Source: Candidatus Altimarinota bacterium
Lineage (GTDB): Bacteria > Patescibacteriota > Gracilibacteria > UBA1369
DNA: 32,000 bases
Assembly: GCA_041659405.1 (NCBI GenBank)
Contig: JBAZYK010000011.1
Span: 31,674-63,673 of the forward strand
Reading direction: 5' to 3'
Program-made: the position numbers and the translations under genes
Notes under the pieces: generated by a model
Told to the model about the DNA's origin: nothing
The model's database searches: none
The model's input: the letters and a program-made list of their open reading frames with translations, nothing else
Shown here: piece after piece, positions 1-9,939 of the stretch
How the letters are laid out: every line of letters starts with the position of its first letter
How positions within the stretch are numbered: the first letter of the stretch is position 1

Positions 1-157
1 TCCCCAGACGCTTTAAATGCTCATCTATCTGCCAAATTCGACCATCATAAGTTCGCAAAGTTTCATAAACGCCGTCTCCATACAAAAAACCATTATCAAA
101 AACGGACACTTTTGCCTGCGCCGCCTTCAAAAACTTACCATTCAAAAAGACAATCAT
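1..157 (-). CDS. Class IV (fold type IV) PLP aminotransferase, N-terminal fragment (BCAT / D-aa aminotransferase / aminodeoxychorismate lyase family); continues past the window start
   Basis: Not in the ORF track (truncated, 52 codons). My translation of the minus strand from the ATG at 157 gives MIVFLNGKFLKAAQAKVSVFDNGFLYGDGVYETLRTYDGRIWQIDEHLKRLG. The FDxGFxYGDGVxE..R and H..RL pattern is typical of class IV aminotransferase N-termini. Confidence 0.7.
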   Translation of the reverse strand, partial: MIVFLNGKFLKAAQAKVSVFDNGFLYGDGVYETLRTYDGRIWQIDEHLKRLG

Positions 158-210
158 TCCAAAACTTTAAATCCGCATCCATTCTACAACAACCAATCGC
201 AAAAGAAATG

Positions 211-756
211 CTATTCTTCTTCGGCTTCTCCCGCTTCCACAGATATATCAAATCCACCAATAGCTGGAGATGCAATCGGAGTAAAAAATTCCGCACTAAC
301 TCCCGCAAAACCAGCAAAAGTCAGCAATGGGCCCCCAATTGAAACGCCCTTATAAGCCTCACGAATTAAATCAACTTCCGCACCGGCAGGCGTTGGCGTA
401 AATTCATTTCTTCCTGGAATATAAGTACTACTTCCATCAACAAAAACCGGCACCGCATCAACCGGAGTAGAAACTTGATCAACACTTGCGCGCATTAGAC
501 CACGAATACCATCGATTTTTATCCCGGCATAACCAAGAAATTCCGGAGTTTCAAAACCTCCCGATTGATGTATTCTGTTAGGATAACCGGCAGGGGCACG
601 CTTTGTATCAGATTCCGATCTGGGCACATTGATGACCTTTCCCAATTCCGGCGTAAGCACCTCTATTCCTTCTGCTCCTAGCTTAGGATTTCTTTTTTCA
701 TCTTCCAGTAATCCCGGATCAAACGCACCATCCGGATCTTTATTTGTTTCACTCAT
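211..756 (-). CDS. Hypothetical protein, 181 aa, acidic C-terminus
   Basis: ATG-initiated ORF in an operon-like arrangement with flanking minus-strand genes. No family recognised. Confidence 0.5.
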   Translation of the reverse strand: MSETNKDPDGAFDPGLLEDEKRNPKLGAEGIEVLTPELGKVINVPRSESDTKRAPAGYPNRIHQSGGFETPEFLGYAGIKIDGIRGLMRASVDQVSTPVDAVPVFVDGSSTYIPGRNEFTPTPAGAEVDLIREAYKGVSIGGPLLTFAGFAGVSAEFFTPIASPAIGGFDISVEAGEAEEE

Positions 757-796
757 AAAAAATTAGTAAAAAATACAAAGCGTAAATTATTCAATT

Positions 797-1492
797 TCAA
801 TCAACACGCGCCCCTACAAAACTGTTATACAAAGTATCTTCCGCAGGCGGAATGATGACCGGCTTGCGCTTAGCAACAGGCTTTAACGCAGAAAGAGGAG
901 GCGCATCAACAACTTCAACGGGAGCATGAACCGGTCTTTTATATACACCCGAGTTTGGCAAAGTTGGCGCCGCAGATGGAACGGAAGAGTTAACTTCCGC
1001 AGAAACACCAACTTCTGGCAGAACATCAACCTCATCAAAAGTCACCCAATTTCCACTATCTTTTGGAGCCCTAGAAGCAGCGACCTCACTCAAAACACGT
1101 TGGCATTGTCCACTAACTTCTCCAACACTATCCACAACCGGATTACGACAAACCTCAACCAGTGCCCTTTCCAAGGATCCATATGAAAGGGTAAAAGCCG
1201 ACTCTTTAGGATCATCAACATCAGTTTTTGGCCCACTGTCTGCTACATCCGCCAAATCACTGGAAAGTGGCCCCCAATTATCAAAGCCTCCCCTCGCATG
1301 TACTTCTGCCAATCCTGCAGCTACCTCATGACCTTCCGGCCTTTGTCCATAAGCTTTCGCCTGCTCTCCTACATGTTCTCGTATTTTGGCCAATGTCCTC
1401 ATTCTTGTCTTTTCATTAGCAGCCCTCACAGCCTCCATAGCAGCAAGATCAACAGGCCATTCGCCTACATCACTTTCTTCCATATCCATCAT
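797..1492 (-). CDS. Hypothetical protein, 231 aa, acidic, Pro/Val-rich C-terminal half
   Basis: Long ATG ORF co-oriented with its neighbours. No motif recognised. Confidence 0.5.
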   Translation of the reverse strand: MMDMEESDVGEWPVDLAAMEAVRAANEKTRMRTLAKIREHVGEQAKAYGQRPEGHEVAAGLAEVHARGGFDNWGPLSSDLADVADSGPKTDVDDPKESAFTLSYGSLERALVEVCRNPVVDSVGEVSGQCQRVLSEVAASRAPKDSGNWVTFDEVDVLPEVGVSAEVNSSVPSAAPTLPNSGVYKRPVHAPVEVVDAPPLSALKPVAKRKPVIIPPAEDTLYNSFVGARVD

Positions 1493-1620
1493 TATATTGA
1501 AATTAGTTTCTAAAAAAAACCACGAAGTTCAACATACACACACAAATTCAAAAAGTCAACCACTCGCTCCAGGCACTTTTGAAAACAAAATCCCATTTCC
1601 TGTCTAAAAAATCACACACA

Positions 1621-3060
1621 CTACTTTAAAGCCTCATTCAAAGCCTCCGCCTTCATTAAAGTTTCCTCATATTCTTTTGTAGGATCAGAATCAGCCACAA
1701 TTCCGCCGCCAACCTGCGCATAAATTTTCCCGTTTTTCTGCAAAATCGTCCGAATCAAAATATTTAGATCGGAGTCGCCCAAAAGGTTCACAAAACCTGC
1801 AGAACCGGTGTAAATCCCTCGCTTAAAATCCTCCAAACCATCAATAATCTGCATGGTCCGCTTTTTAGGACAGCCGGTAATTGACCCACCCGGAAACACC
1901 GCCCGCAGCGCATCCCAAAAATCCTTTCCATAAGCCAATTTTCCTTCAACTTTCGCAATTGTATGAATCACATGTGAATATTTTTCGATTTTCTGAAAAT
2001 CAGTAACCTTTACACTGCCCGCCTCGCAAACTTTTCCAAGATCATTTCGCTCCAAATCGGTAATCATAGCGAGCTCCGCTTTTTCCTTTTCCGAAGCCAA
2101 AAGTTCCGCCTCATGCGCCGCATCTTCTTCCGCATTTTTTCCACGAGCCACCGTGCCTTTAATCGGCCAGGTTTCAACTTTCGTTCCTCTTTTTCTAAGC
2201 AACAATTCCGGCGAAGAACTCATAATTTTGAACTCCGGGAACTCAAAATAACAGCTAAACGGTGAAGGATTAAGGCTTGAAAGTTTTTGATAGATTTTCC
2301 AGCCATCAACCGTACAATCCGCCGCAAATCTCTGTGAAAAATTAACCTGATAAGTTTCTCCATCCTTCAAATATTGTTTTACCGCCGCGATTTTCTCTTG
2401 ATATTGAGCAAAACTCACATTCGATTTTAAAGCTCCCATTTCGCCGACAGACCGTGGTCTAACCGGCTTCTGCAAATCCTCTTTCATGGTTTCAATTTTT
2501 TTACGCGCCTGCAAATCCGTCTCGGCCAAAGCCAAAAAATACAATTCATTTTCCTGATGATCAAACGCAAAAACCTTATCCACAAAAGCAAAAACAAAAT
2601 CAGGCAGAACCACATCATCAAAAACTTTCTGTTCAACTTCCATCAAATTCGCGCCAAAATCATAACTGAAATAACCCGCCGCTCCACCAAAAAACGGCAC
2701 CGGCGCCGCCCCATGATAATGAATGAATTTAAAAATATTTTGCAAAACGTCCAAAGGCTCCCCTTCCACAATTTGACCGGTATTTTTCTTCTCAAAATCC
2801 AAAAAATCACGACGCTTTAAAAGCTGCGTCACCCCTTTGGTGGAACCTGCCCCACTTGCCTCACGCATACTGGAACAAACCATGTATGGATCATAACCAA
2901 TATAAGAATAGCGCTCGGACAAGCCACTTTTCTTCCCCGCAAAATCTCCGCCACTTTGCAGCAAAAACGCGTAATCTCCGCGAACATGATCAAAAAAACT
3001 GGCCGGATTTTCATCCTTGGCCAGTTTCCTTTTCTCGAAAAAAAGTTTTACGTATTTCAT
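1621..3060 (-). CDS. pabB: Chorismate-binding enzyme, aminodeoxychorismate synthase component I / anthranilate synthase component I family
   Basis: 479 aa. The C-terminal half has family signatures (SPELLLR...PIKGT..RG, LxxSEKExAELxMIxDLxRND, FPGGSITGxPK, RGxYxGxxG). The PabB assignment over TrpE rests only on size, absence of trp genes and a class IV aminotransferase downstream. Confidence 0.75.
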   Translation of the reverse strand: MKYVKLFFEKRKLAKDENPASFFDHVRGDYAFLLQSGGDFAGKKSGLSERYSYIGYDPYMVCSSMREASGAGSTKGVTQLLKRRDFLDFEKKNTGQIVEGEPLDVLQNIFKFIHYHGAAPVPFFGGAAGYFSYDFGANLMEVEQKVFDDVVLPDFVFAFVDKVFAFDHQENELYFLALAETDLQARKKIETMKEDLQKPVRPRSVGEMGALKSNVSFAQYQEKIAAVKQYLKDGETYQVNFSQRFAADCTVDGWKIYQKLSSLNPSPFSCYFEFPEFKIMSSSPELLLRKRGTKVETWPIKGTVARGKNAEEDAAHEAELLASEKEKAELAMITDLERNDLGKVCEAGSVKVTDFQKIEKYSHVIHTIAKVEGKLAYGKDFWDALRAVFPGGSITGCPKKRTMQIIDGLEDFKRGIYTGSAGFVNLLGDSDLNILIRTILQKNGKIYAQVGGGIVADSDPTKEYEETLMKAEALNEALK

Positions 3061-3134
3061 ACAAATTGTTCACAAGCGACAAAAGTTCAACAGAACAATT
3101 TTTAACTCAATTCCACAAAAAACAAATCCACCAA

Positions 3135-3623
3135 TTAAACCCGTTCGTCTTCCCCGTAAACATGTTCATACTCGCTCTTAGCGTAGTCAAAAAGTTCATC
3201 TGGATTGAAAAATCTTGGAACTTCTTTCATGGCAGTTTCAACGGAATCGGAAGCGTGAACAACGTTACAAGCCACGCTCATAGCCAAATCACCGCGGATA
3301 GATCCGGCTTCGGCACTGCGAGCCTTGGTAATTCCACATAAAATGCGAATAGCTTGAACAACTTCCAAGCCCTCCAAACAAATCGCAACCACCGGCGAAC
3401 TTTGCATAAACCTTGTTACACCGGGGAAAAATGGCTTATCGGCAATATGCGCGTAATGTTCACGCAAAACAGCTTCACTCAAACTCATCATTTTAATACC
3501 AACAACTTTTAGACCTTTCTTTTCAAAACGGTTCAAAACTTCTCCAATAAGCCCTCTTTGAACTCCATCCGGTTTAATTAAAACGAGTGTTTTTTCTTTG
3601 ATACCTTTAAATTCCATTGCCAT
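3135..3623 (-). CDS. ndk: Nucleoside diphosphate kinase
   Basis: KTLVLIKPDGVQRGLIGEVLNRFEKKGLKVVGIKMM and the active-site NVVHASDS motif. Confidence 0.95.
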   Translation of the reverse strand: MAMEFKGIKEKTLVLIKPDGVQRGLIGEVLNRFEKKGLKVVGIKMMSLSEAVLREHYAHIADKPFFPGVTRFMQSSPVVAICLEGLEVVQAIRILCGITKARSAEAGSIRGDLAMSVACNVVHASDSVETAMKEVPRFFNPDELFDYAKSEYEHVYGEDERV

Positions 3624-3814
3624 AATTTTAGATCAGTTAGCGAATAAATCGAAAACATATTACCGAGAATAGGAAATTTGGCAAGTGGAGTTCGCTCCGC
3701 GGCTACTTATAAGCTCAGTCCATGACCTCATAAAAATAGGTACTTCGTGCGTGGCCATCATTTAAAAAAATCACGATAAGCTATATAATCATCACCGCAT
3801 AACAATAAAACCGC

Positions 3815-4309
3815 ATGAAAGCCGTACGAATAATTCAAACCGTATTTACCGCAATCGGGGCAATATTTTTACTTGTAGCCGCCGGAATTTTTCTAAACTC
3901 CCAAGCATCTCTTGCAAACGGCACCATCACTTCCAGCCTTGTCGATTTATGGCTTTTGCCAATGCTTTTTGGCCTAATCGGGGTCGTATTTTTCGCCGTT
4001 GGTTTTGGAATGATAATGTGGGGAGTTAAAAAAGCTGCCACTATTAAAAAACTCCAGGAATCCGGCCGCAGAATTGAAACCGAAATTAAAGGTGTTGAAT
4101 TAAATACCCACTATAGAGTCAACGGACGTCACCCCTATCGCATTATTTCAGAGTTCACCGAAGGCAATAATATTTACATTTTTAAAAGCGATAATATCTG
4201 GTTCGACCCCACAAACTACATCAAAACAAAAACCATCAGCGTCCTGGTCGACCCCAACAATATGAAAAAATATTACACAGACATTTCATTTCTGCCGAAG
4301 GTGAATTAA
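3815..4309 (+). CDS. Membrane protein, two N-terminal TM helices followed by a beta-rich domain (DUF3592-like architecture)
   Basis: Two hydrophobic segments (IIQTVFTAIGAIFLLVAAGIFL, LLPMLFGLIGVVFFAVGFGMIMWGV) followed by a soluble domain. A TATAAT at 3784-3789 lies upstream. Confidence 0.6.
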   Translation: MKAVRIIQTVFTAIGAIFLLVAAGIFLNSQASLANGTITSSLVDLWLLPMLFGLIGVVFFAVGFGMIMWGVKKAATIKKLQESGRRIETEIKGVELNTHYRVNGRHPYRIISEFTEGNNIYIFKSDNIWFDPTNYIKTKTISVLVDPNNMKKYYTDISFLPKVN

Positions 4310-4325
4310 GTTCGCATCACCCACA

Positions 4326-4688
4326 TCATTTTTCAAACTCTACAAGAATTTTATTGATTATTACCTCTGCTTTATCAATATCTTCCTGCGTTGTAAGCCT
4401 ATCTTTAAATTCGGTGTCGTTTACTAAAGCTTCATGATAAGCAAAAACTTCAGCGCATAATTCTTCAGGAATTTGAAGTTCTTCATTCAAGACATTCCTT
4501 ATGATGTCTGCCAAATTGCCGGCCACCAGAGCAAACCAAGCTTTTCGAACTTTATATTTGGAATTCGGCGAAGTCGAATACAAAACCTCTTTTGGTATAC
4601 CATTTTTCCAACCGGTCATTGCCGCCCTTAAACCACCAACAATCTCTTGCTTTAAAGCCTCTTGCCCCATTGGTTCACCCTCTCCCAT
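4326..4688 (-). CDS. Hypothetical protein, 120 aa
   Basis: ATG ORF with clean coding appearance. No family recognised. Confidence 0.5.
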   Translation of the reverse strand: MGEGEPMGQEALKQEIVGGLRAAMTGWKNGIPKEVLYSTSPNSKYKVRKAWFALVAGNLADIIRNVLNEELQIPEELCAEVFAYHEALVNDTEFKDRLTTQEDIDKAEVIINKILVEFEK

Positions 4689-4719
4689 ATAATTTATTGA
4701 AAATAAGTTTCATCTCCCT

Positions 4720-4803
4720 CCCCGGCCCCCCGTGGCATGTTTCCTGAGCACATTCGGGGTAGGGGCCCCATGTGCGAAGGGAATATGCCGCGGGGGGCTG
4801 GGG
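4720..4803. other. GC-rich extended hairpin (19-bp outer stem plus nested inner stem)
   Basis: CCCCGGCCCCCCGTGGCAT (4720-4738) pairs with ATGCCGCGGGGGGCTGGGG (4785-4803). An inner GCACAT/ATGTGC stem encloses GGGGTAGGGGCCCC. It lies 12 nt 3' of the M16 peptidase stop. Confidence 0.55.
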
Positions 4804-4814
4804 TTAAGAGTTCC

Positions 4815-6080
4815 CTAAAACTTTAGTAGCTTCAAGAATCGTTCCTCATCATCATACGGCCCAATTATCGCAATTCGCAAATTTTCTTCTTTGAACAAAT
4901 CACGCGCCACGCGACCAAGATCCTCTACAGTTACAGCATCAACCATTTTCATAATTTCTTCCGGTGTCTCTACATTTCCATACAAAAGTTCAAATTTACC
5001 AAGCAAATGCGCGTATTCTTCCGAATCTTCCAGACGCAAAACCATTTTTCCTTTCAAAAATTCCTTTGATTTCAGCAACTCCGCTTCCGGCACGGGTTCG
5101 GTTAAAACTTTTTTATACTCTTCCACAATTGCGGTAATTGCCTTGTCTATGCCGTCTAAAGAAACTCCGGCATTCGTGGAAAAAGTTCCGGTATCGGTAT
5201 AATCGTCAGTTGAAGTGTTGATGTAATAAGCCAATCCCTGCTTTTCACGAACCGACAAAAACATTCTGGAACTCATATTCCCACCCAAAACAATTCCCAA
5301 TAATTTTGCGGCATAGTGATCTTTATGCTGTTCCGAATAACCCGGAAAACCCAAAATCACATGAGCCTGTTCGGTTTTTTTATTGCGAAGATAAATCTTT
5401 TTTTCAACCTTAACATCTTTTACCTCATTAAAATTGTAGGCTTTTTCGGCATCCTCAAACGTAAACAATTTTGAAACAGCCTTCACCATTTCATCATGAT
5501 CAACATTTCCGGAAACGGCAATTACCGTATTCCCAGGCACATAAAGCTCTTTCTTGTACTTAATGAAATCCGCCTGTTTTATGCCCATGATCACCTCTTT
5601 AGTCCCCACCTGATCCCAACCAATCGGCTGATCACCATAAATCAAACGCTCAAAATCCCAACCAATCTGGTACATTGGCGTATCCTGATACATATTATAT
5701 TCTTCCATAATTACCCCACGCTCTTTGTCGATCTCCGCCGGATCAAACTTGGAATGAATCAACATATCCGCCAAAACATCCAAAGCCAAATCCACATGCC
5801 TGTCCGCAACCTTTATATAATAGCCGGCATATTCTTTGCCTGTGAAAGCGTTAAAATCGCCACCAACCGAATCAATTGCCTCCGAAACCTCTTTAGTATT
5901 CGTATATTTTTCAGCGCCCTTAAAAAACATGTGCTCCAAAAAATGCGAAATTCCATTAAGTTCTTTTATTTCATAACGCGATCCCGCTCCCACTAAAATC
6001 AAAACCGTTACCGATTTTGTATTATCGAGTTTTTTAGTCACAATTCTAAGTCCATTTTGTAAAGCTGTTTTCTTTAACAT
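4815..6080 (-). CDS. M16 family (pitrilysin/insulinase-like) zinc peptidase
   Basis: Inverted zinc motif HFLEH (HxxEH) near the N-terminus. The 421-aa two-domain length is typical of M16B. Confidence 0.9.
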   Translation of the reverse strand: MLKKTALQNGLRIVTKKLDNTKSVTVLILVGAGSRYEIKELNGISHFLEHMFFKGAEKYTNTKEVSEAIDSVGGDFNAFTGKEYAGYYIKVADRHVDLALDVLADMLIHSKFDPAEIDKERGVIMEEYNMYQDTPMYQIGWDFERLIYGDQPIGWDQVGTKEVIMGIKQADFIKYKKELYVPGNTVIAVSGNVDHDEMVKAVSKLFTFEDAEKAYNFNEVKDVKVEKKIYLRNKKTEQAHVILGFPGYSEQHKDHYAAKLLGIVLGGNMSSRMFLSVREKQGLAYYINTSTDDYTDTGTFSTNAGVSLDGIDKAITAIVEEYKKVLTEPVPEAELLKSKEFLKGKMVLRLEDSEEYAHLLGKFELLYGNVETPEEIMKMVDAVTVEDLGRVARDLFKEENLRIAIIGPYDDEERFLKLLKF

Positions 6081-6165
6081 AGATTCAAAATCAAAAAGAG
6101 TAGCTGGTTTATTATAAAGAATCTGCTATATAATACAATCCCGATTATCCGGAAGACTTCAACTT

Positions 6166-8472
6166 ATGAAAAACCGTGCTTTTGGCAAAAGAAAACCTAT
6201 AAATCGTCTTTCAATTCTGCTGATTGCAGCCTTTTTTATGACCGGCGTGATTGCCGTACGATTATTTTATTTGCAAGTGATTAAGGGCGATTATTACAGC
6301 AAAAAAGCCGATGCCGAACATTTTGGAGAAAGCACACTTTCCGCTCGCCGTGGTGAAATTTACATTAAGGATTATGCCTCAAACGACATGGTTAGGGTCG
6401 CCACCAACACCACTCTTGACCTTTTGTTTGCGGATCCCACCCAAATTGCCGACAAAAAACTGGTCGCGGACAGAATTTCACCAATGATTTTCAACCTGGA
6501 TCAAGCCAAAAAAGATGACACAACCAGAATCAAAAACGAAACAATTCATGCCAAAACCGCCGAAGATCTGGCTAAAGTGGCCCCACTAAACGACCAGGAA
6601 CTTTATCAAAAATTTTATACCGATCTTTTGGATAAAATCAGCCAGGAAAAGCGCTTACAAATCACCCTGCGTGACGATCTTCCCAAAGAAACCCTGGATC
6701 AAATTAAGGCCTTAAATTTAACCGGAATAGATGCGGTTGAAGGTGCTTTAATTGCCTACCCTGCGCAAATAGTTGATCGTGATAAGGTTGCCCTGGCCCT
6801 GACTCCATATATGGAAATGCCACCAACCGAACTTGCCAATATTTTAAAAGGAAGAAACCGCTACGTTATCCTTCAACGTAAAATCAAACCGGAAATTGCC
6901 GCCCAAATCAAAAAACTGATTGATGAAGATAAAACCAAAAACTTCACAGGGCTTGGCCTAAAAGAAGAATACTTCCGTTATTACCCGGAAGGTACTTTGG
7001 CATCCAACATTTTAGGTTTTGTTGTTGATAGCGGTGCAAGCCAACTTGGCCAATATGGAATTGAAAGTAAATTCAACAGCCAACTTCAAGGAAAAAAGGG
7101 TATCTTTAAAACTCAAAAAGACGGACTCAATCGTCAAATCACTGTTGGCAACAGCGAAATCATTCCTGCTGTAGATGGCGACAACGTAGTCTTAACTATT
7201 GATCGTTCCATCCAAATGGCAGCAGAAAAATATTTGGCCCAGGCTGTCCGCGACTTTAATGCCGATAACGGACAAGTAATCGTAATGGATCCAAAAACCG
7301 GCAAAATTATGGCCATGGCCAGTTACCCGACTTTTAATCCCAACAGTTTTGGTGACATTTATCAAACCGAAGATGTCAGCCTAAGCCCCGAAAATATTAA
7401 AAACCTCGTTCCAATTGAAAACGTCCCAAATGCTTTTTGGTTCTACAGAAATTTTATAACCAAAGACCGTATCCAAATTTTCAAAGTGCAAAAAGATGAT
7501 GGGACCGTTATTTATCAAAGATACGCAAATCTTGTCGGACCCGAGGCATATCAAAATAAACCTGTTTCCCAGGCTTATGAACCGGGATCCATTTTCAAAA
7601 TTGTCACCATGGCAGCTGCAATTGATGACGGCGACGTAAAGCCAACAACAGCCATTAACGATCCGGGCATTTTGTATCTTGATAAAAACAAAAATGGCGG
7701 AAAATTTAAAGGCCCCGATGGGCTTGGTTATGATGCCATCATCCATAATGTTTCTGAAAAATGCACGAATTCACATTCCACCATGACCTGGATCATCCAA
7801 AATTCATGTAACACCGGAATGACCTGGGTGGCACAAAAAATCGGCAGAAATCTGTTCTATAATTACATGCTAAAATTCGGATTCAACGAAAGAACCGATA
7901 TTGAATTCGATAACGAAAGTCCGGGCAGAATCGCCAACTTTGATCAATGGACCGATTCCGAACTTGCCAACCATGCCTTTGGACAAGGTATTCTTGCCAC
8001 TCCCCTGCAAATGATTTCGGCCTATGCCACCGTTGCCAACAAGGGCATTTATATGCAACCGCACATTGTGGAAAGTGTTCAGCAACAGGACGGGAAAATA
8101 ATCACCTATGACCCAAAACCAATCCAGCGCGTAATTTCGGAACAGGCTGCGGAAACTATGAAGGCCATGCTGGTCAATAACGTTGAAAATGGCGACAGTT
8201 ACGGCAGAATCCGCATGCCGGACCATTACATCGGCGCTAAAACCGGTACAGCTCAAACTTATATGAACGGTGAAGCCTTAAAAGGCGCAGGTACAACCAT
8301 TGCCACCATCATCGGCTTTGCTCCAAAAGATAATCCACGCTTTGTGATTTTAGCCAAATTGGATCACCCGCGCGCCAGCGAATGGGCCGACGCAACTTCC
8401 GCCGTCCTCTTCCAAAAAATGGCCGCTTACCTGTTTGACTACTTCAGCCTCCCACCGGATAAAAAAGGCTAA
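6166..8472 (+). CDS. Class B penicillin-binding protein (peptidoglycan D,D-transpeptidase, PBP2/FtsI type)
   Basis: N-terminal TM anchor, then a transpeptidase domain with SIFK (SxxK), SCN (SxN) and KTGT motifs in the correct order. Confidence 0.9.
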   Translation: MKNRAFGKRKPINRLSILLIAAFFMTGVIAVRLFYLQVIKGDYYSKKADAEHFGESTLSARRGEIYIKDYASNDMVRVATNTTLDLLFADPTQIADKKLVADRISPMIFNLDQAKKDDTTRIKNETIHAKTAEDLAKVAPLNDQELYQKFYTDLLDKISQEKRLQITLRDDLPKETLDQIKALNLTGIDAVEGALIAYPAQIVDRDKVALALTPYMEMPPTELANILKGRNRYVILQRKIKPEIAAQIKKLIDEDKTKNFTGLGLKEEYFRYYPEGTLASNILGFVVDSGASQLGQYGIESKFNSQLQGKKGIFKTQKDGLNRQITVGNSEIIPAVDGDNVVLTIDRSIQMAAEKYLAQAVRDFNADNGQVIVMDPKTGKIMAMASYPTFNPNSFGDIYQTEDVSLSPENIKNLVPIENVPNAFWFYRNFITKDRIQIFKVQKDDGTVIYQRYANLVGPEAYQNKPVSQAYEPGSIFKIVTMAAAIDDGDVKPTTAINDPGILYLDKNKNGGKFKGPDGLGYDAIIHNVSEKCTNSHSTMTWIIQNSCNTGMTWVAQKIGRNLFYNYMLKFGFNERTDIEFDNESPGRIANFDQWTDSELANHAFGQGILATPLQMISAYATVANKGIYMQPHIVESVQQQDGKIITYDPKPIQRVISEQAAETMKAMLVNNVENGDSYGRIRMPDHYIGAKTGTAQTYMNGEALKGAGTTIATIIGFAPKDNPRFVILAKLDHPRASEWADATSAVLFQKMAAYLFDYFSLPPDKKG

Positions 8473-8554
8473 TAGCCAAGTTTTGCTGTTTTAAGGATTG
8501 GTGTTAAACTTCCCACCAACTCATCCAAACGTAAAAAAACCTAAAAAACACCTT

Positions 8555-9889
8555 ATGGCCATCAAAAATTTAGAAGAAAGCCAGCATAACATTCTGGAAA
8601 TTATGAAGCGCGAACCGGAAGGCTTGATAACAAAGCTAACTACTGTTGTCGATGAAGCCTTAAAGAAAAGATCAGCGGTTCTAAAGCTCGCCGCAAAAAA
8701 GCAAACCCCCTTTTATCTTTTGGATGAGAAAGCGCTGGATAAAAGCATTGATGAGTTCATGACCGGATTTTCGAAACACCTAAGTGGACGGCCTTACTAT
8801 GCCATAAAATCCAATTATCATCCCCTCATTTTAAAAAGAGTGGTCCAAAAAGGCATGGGGCTGGACGTTAGTAGCGGAAGAGAGCTGAAATTCGCAATTA
8901 AAGCAAAAGCCAAATACATCGTTTTTTCGGGACCGGGCAAAACCGATGAAGAGCTTCGTTTGGCCCTAAAATACCATAAAAGAGTGATCGTGCACGTGGA
9001 CAGCTTTAATGAACTTAAACGTCTGGGAAACTTAAGCCAAAAATCCCACAAAAAAATTACAATTGGAGTCCGCTTTTTCACCAACTATCACTTGGGAAAC
9101 AAATTCGGAATCCCCCTGGATGACCTGCGAGAATTCTGGACCGAAGCCAAAAAATACCCATATCTTGAACTAAGAGGACTACAATCTCATTTCAGCTGGA
9201 ACAAAGACTCCGAAAAATATAGCAAAATGCTCAAATTGCTCGCAGACCACTTAAAGAAATATTTTAAGCCCGAAGAGTTGGATGAAATTCATTTTATTGA
9301 TCTGGGCGGCGGATTCTACCCAAAACAAATCGATGGATTTTACCCCTGGACAGGCCGCTATCCAAGCCATATGCATGCCGGCGCTCTTGCCAAGTTGGCA
9401 AACGCTGAATTCGGCGTAAAAACCGAATTTATAGACCCATACTACATTGTGGATTCAAAAACCCCTGAAGAATATGCGGAATTGATCGGAACCGTGGTCA
9501 AAGAAAACTTAAGCTTCCTAAAAAACTGCATCTATTACGCAGAACCGGGACGAATGATCTCCTACAGTTCCATGCACATTGTTGTGAAGCTTATCGACAT
9601 CAAAAAATCCTCCGTTGGCATCACGGACGGAGGAATCAACGCTATCGGTTGGGAATTTGGCGAACATTTCTACATGCCCATCATTAATTTAACTCATCCT
9701 TCAAAAGAAGAAATCCCCTTCACATTATACGGATCACTCTGCACACCAAGAGACGTCTGGGGCTACTATTGTTTTGCCAGCGAAATGCAAAGCGGCGATG
9801 TCCTGATCATCCCAAATCAAGGGGCCTATCGCTACACTCTCGCCCAGGAATTTATCAAAGCCATTCCGCCAGTCTACGTTCTAAAATAA
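8555..9889 (+). CDS. PLP-dependent decarboxylase, fold type III (Orn/DAP/Arg decarboxylase family, LysA-like)
   Basis: YAIKSN (PLP lysine), DLGGGF, EPGR and the C-terminal CTPRD-type motif. The track start at 8498 is a TTG; the ATG at 8555 is preferred. Confidence 0.8.
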   Translation: MAIKNLEESQHNILEIMKREPEGLITKLTTVVDEALKKRSAVLKLAAKKQTPFYLLDEKALDKSIDEFMTGFSKHLSGRPYYAIKSNYHPLILKRVVQKGMGLDVSSGRELKFAIKAKAKYIVFSGPGKTDEELRLALKYHKRVIVHVDSFNELKRLGNLSQKSHKKITIGVRFFTNYHLGNKFGIPLDDLREFWTEAKKYPYLELRGLQSHFSWNKDSEKYSKMLKLLADHLKKYFKPEELDEIHFIDLGGGFYPKQIDGFYPWTGRYPSHMHAGALAKLANAEFGVKTEFIDPYYIVDSKTPEEYAELIGTVVKENLSFLKNCIYYAEPGRMISYSSMHIVVKLIDIKKSSVGITDGGINAIGWEFGEHFYMPIINLTHPSKEEIPFTLYGSLCTPRDVWGYYCFASEMQSGDVLIIPNQGAYRYTLAQEFIKAIPPVYVLK

Positions 9890-9939
9890 GCCCGCTCCGG
9901 GCGCGGTAGCGATAGACATTTCATGCGTGAACATTCAAG

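Noticed and set aside
17-355. Plus-strand ORFs (17..355 and 112..342) and the minus-strand ORF 135..317 at the window start. Many similar 60-170-aa ORFs elsewhere lie antisense to or out of frame with long genes (for example 5496..5996, 7381..7746, 7870..8256, 9970..10374, 14080..14352, 17541..17894, 19548..20005, 25679..26276).
   Set aside because: Each lies antisense to or out of frame with a longer ORF that carries recognisable family motifs. Their sequences are low-complexity shadows.
9890-9939. Fifth copy of the AAATAARCACTTCGTG motif (GATAGACATTTCATGCGTGAAC) and a small GCCCG CTC CGGGC hairpin between convergent genes.
   Set aside because: The motif match is weaker and the location is not upstream of any gene. 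The hairpin has a 3-nt loop and no U-tract. This is not enough support for a feature.
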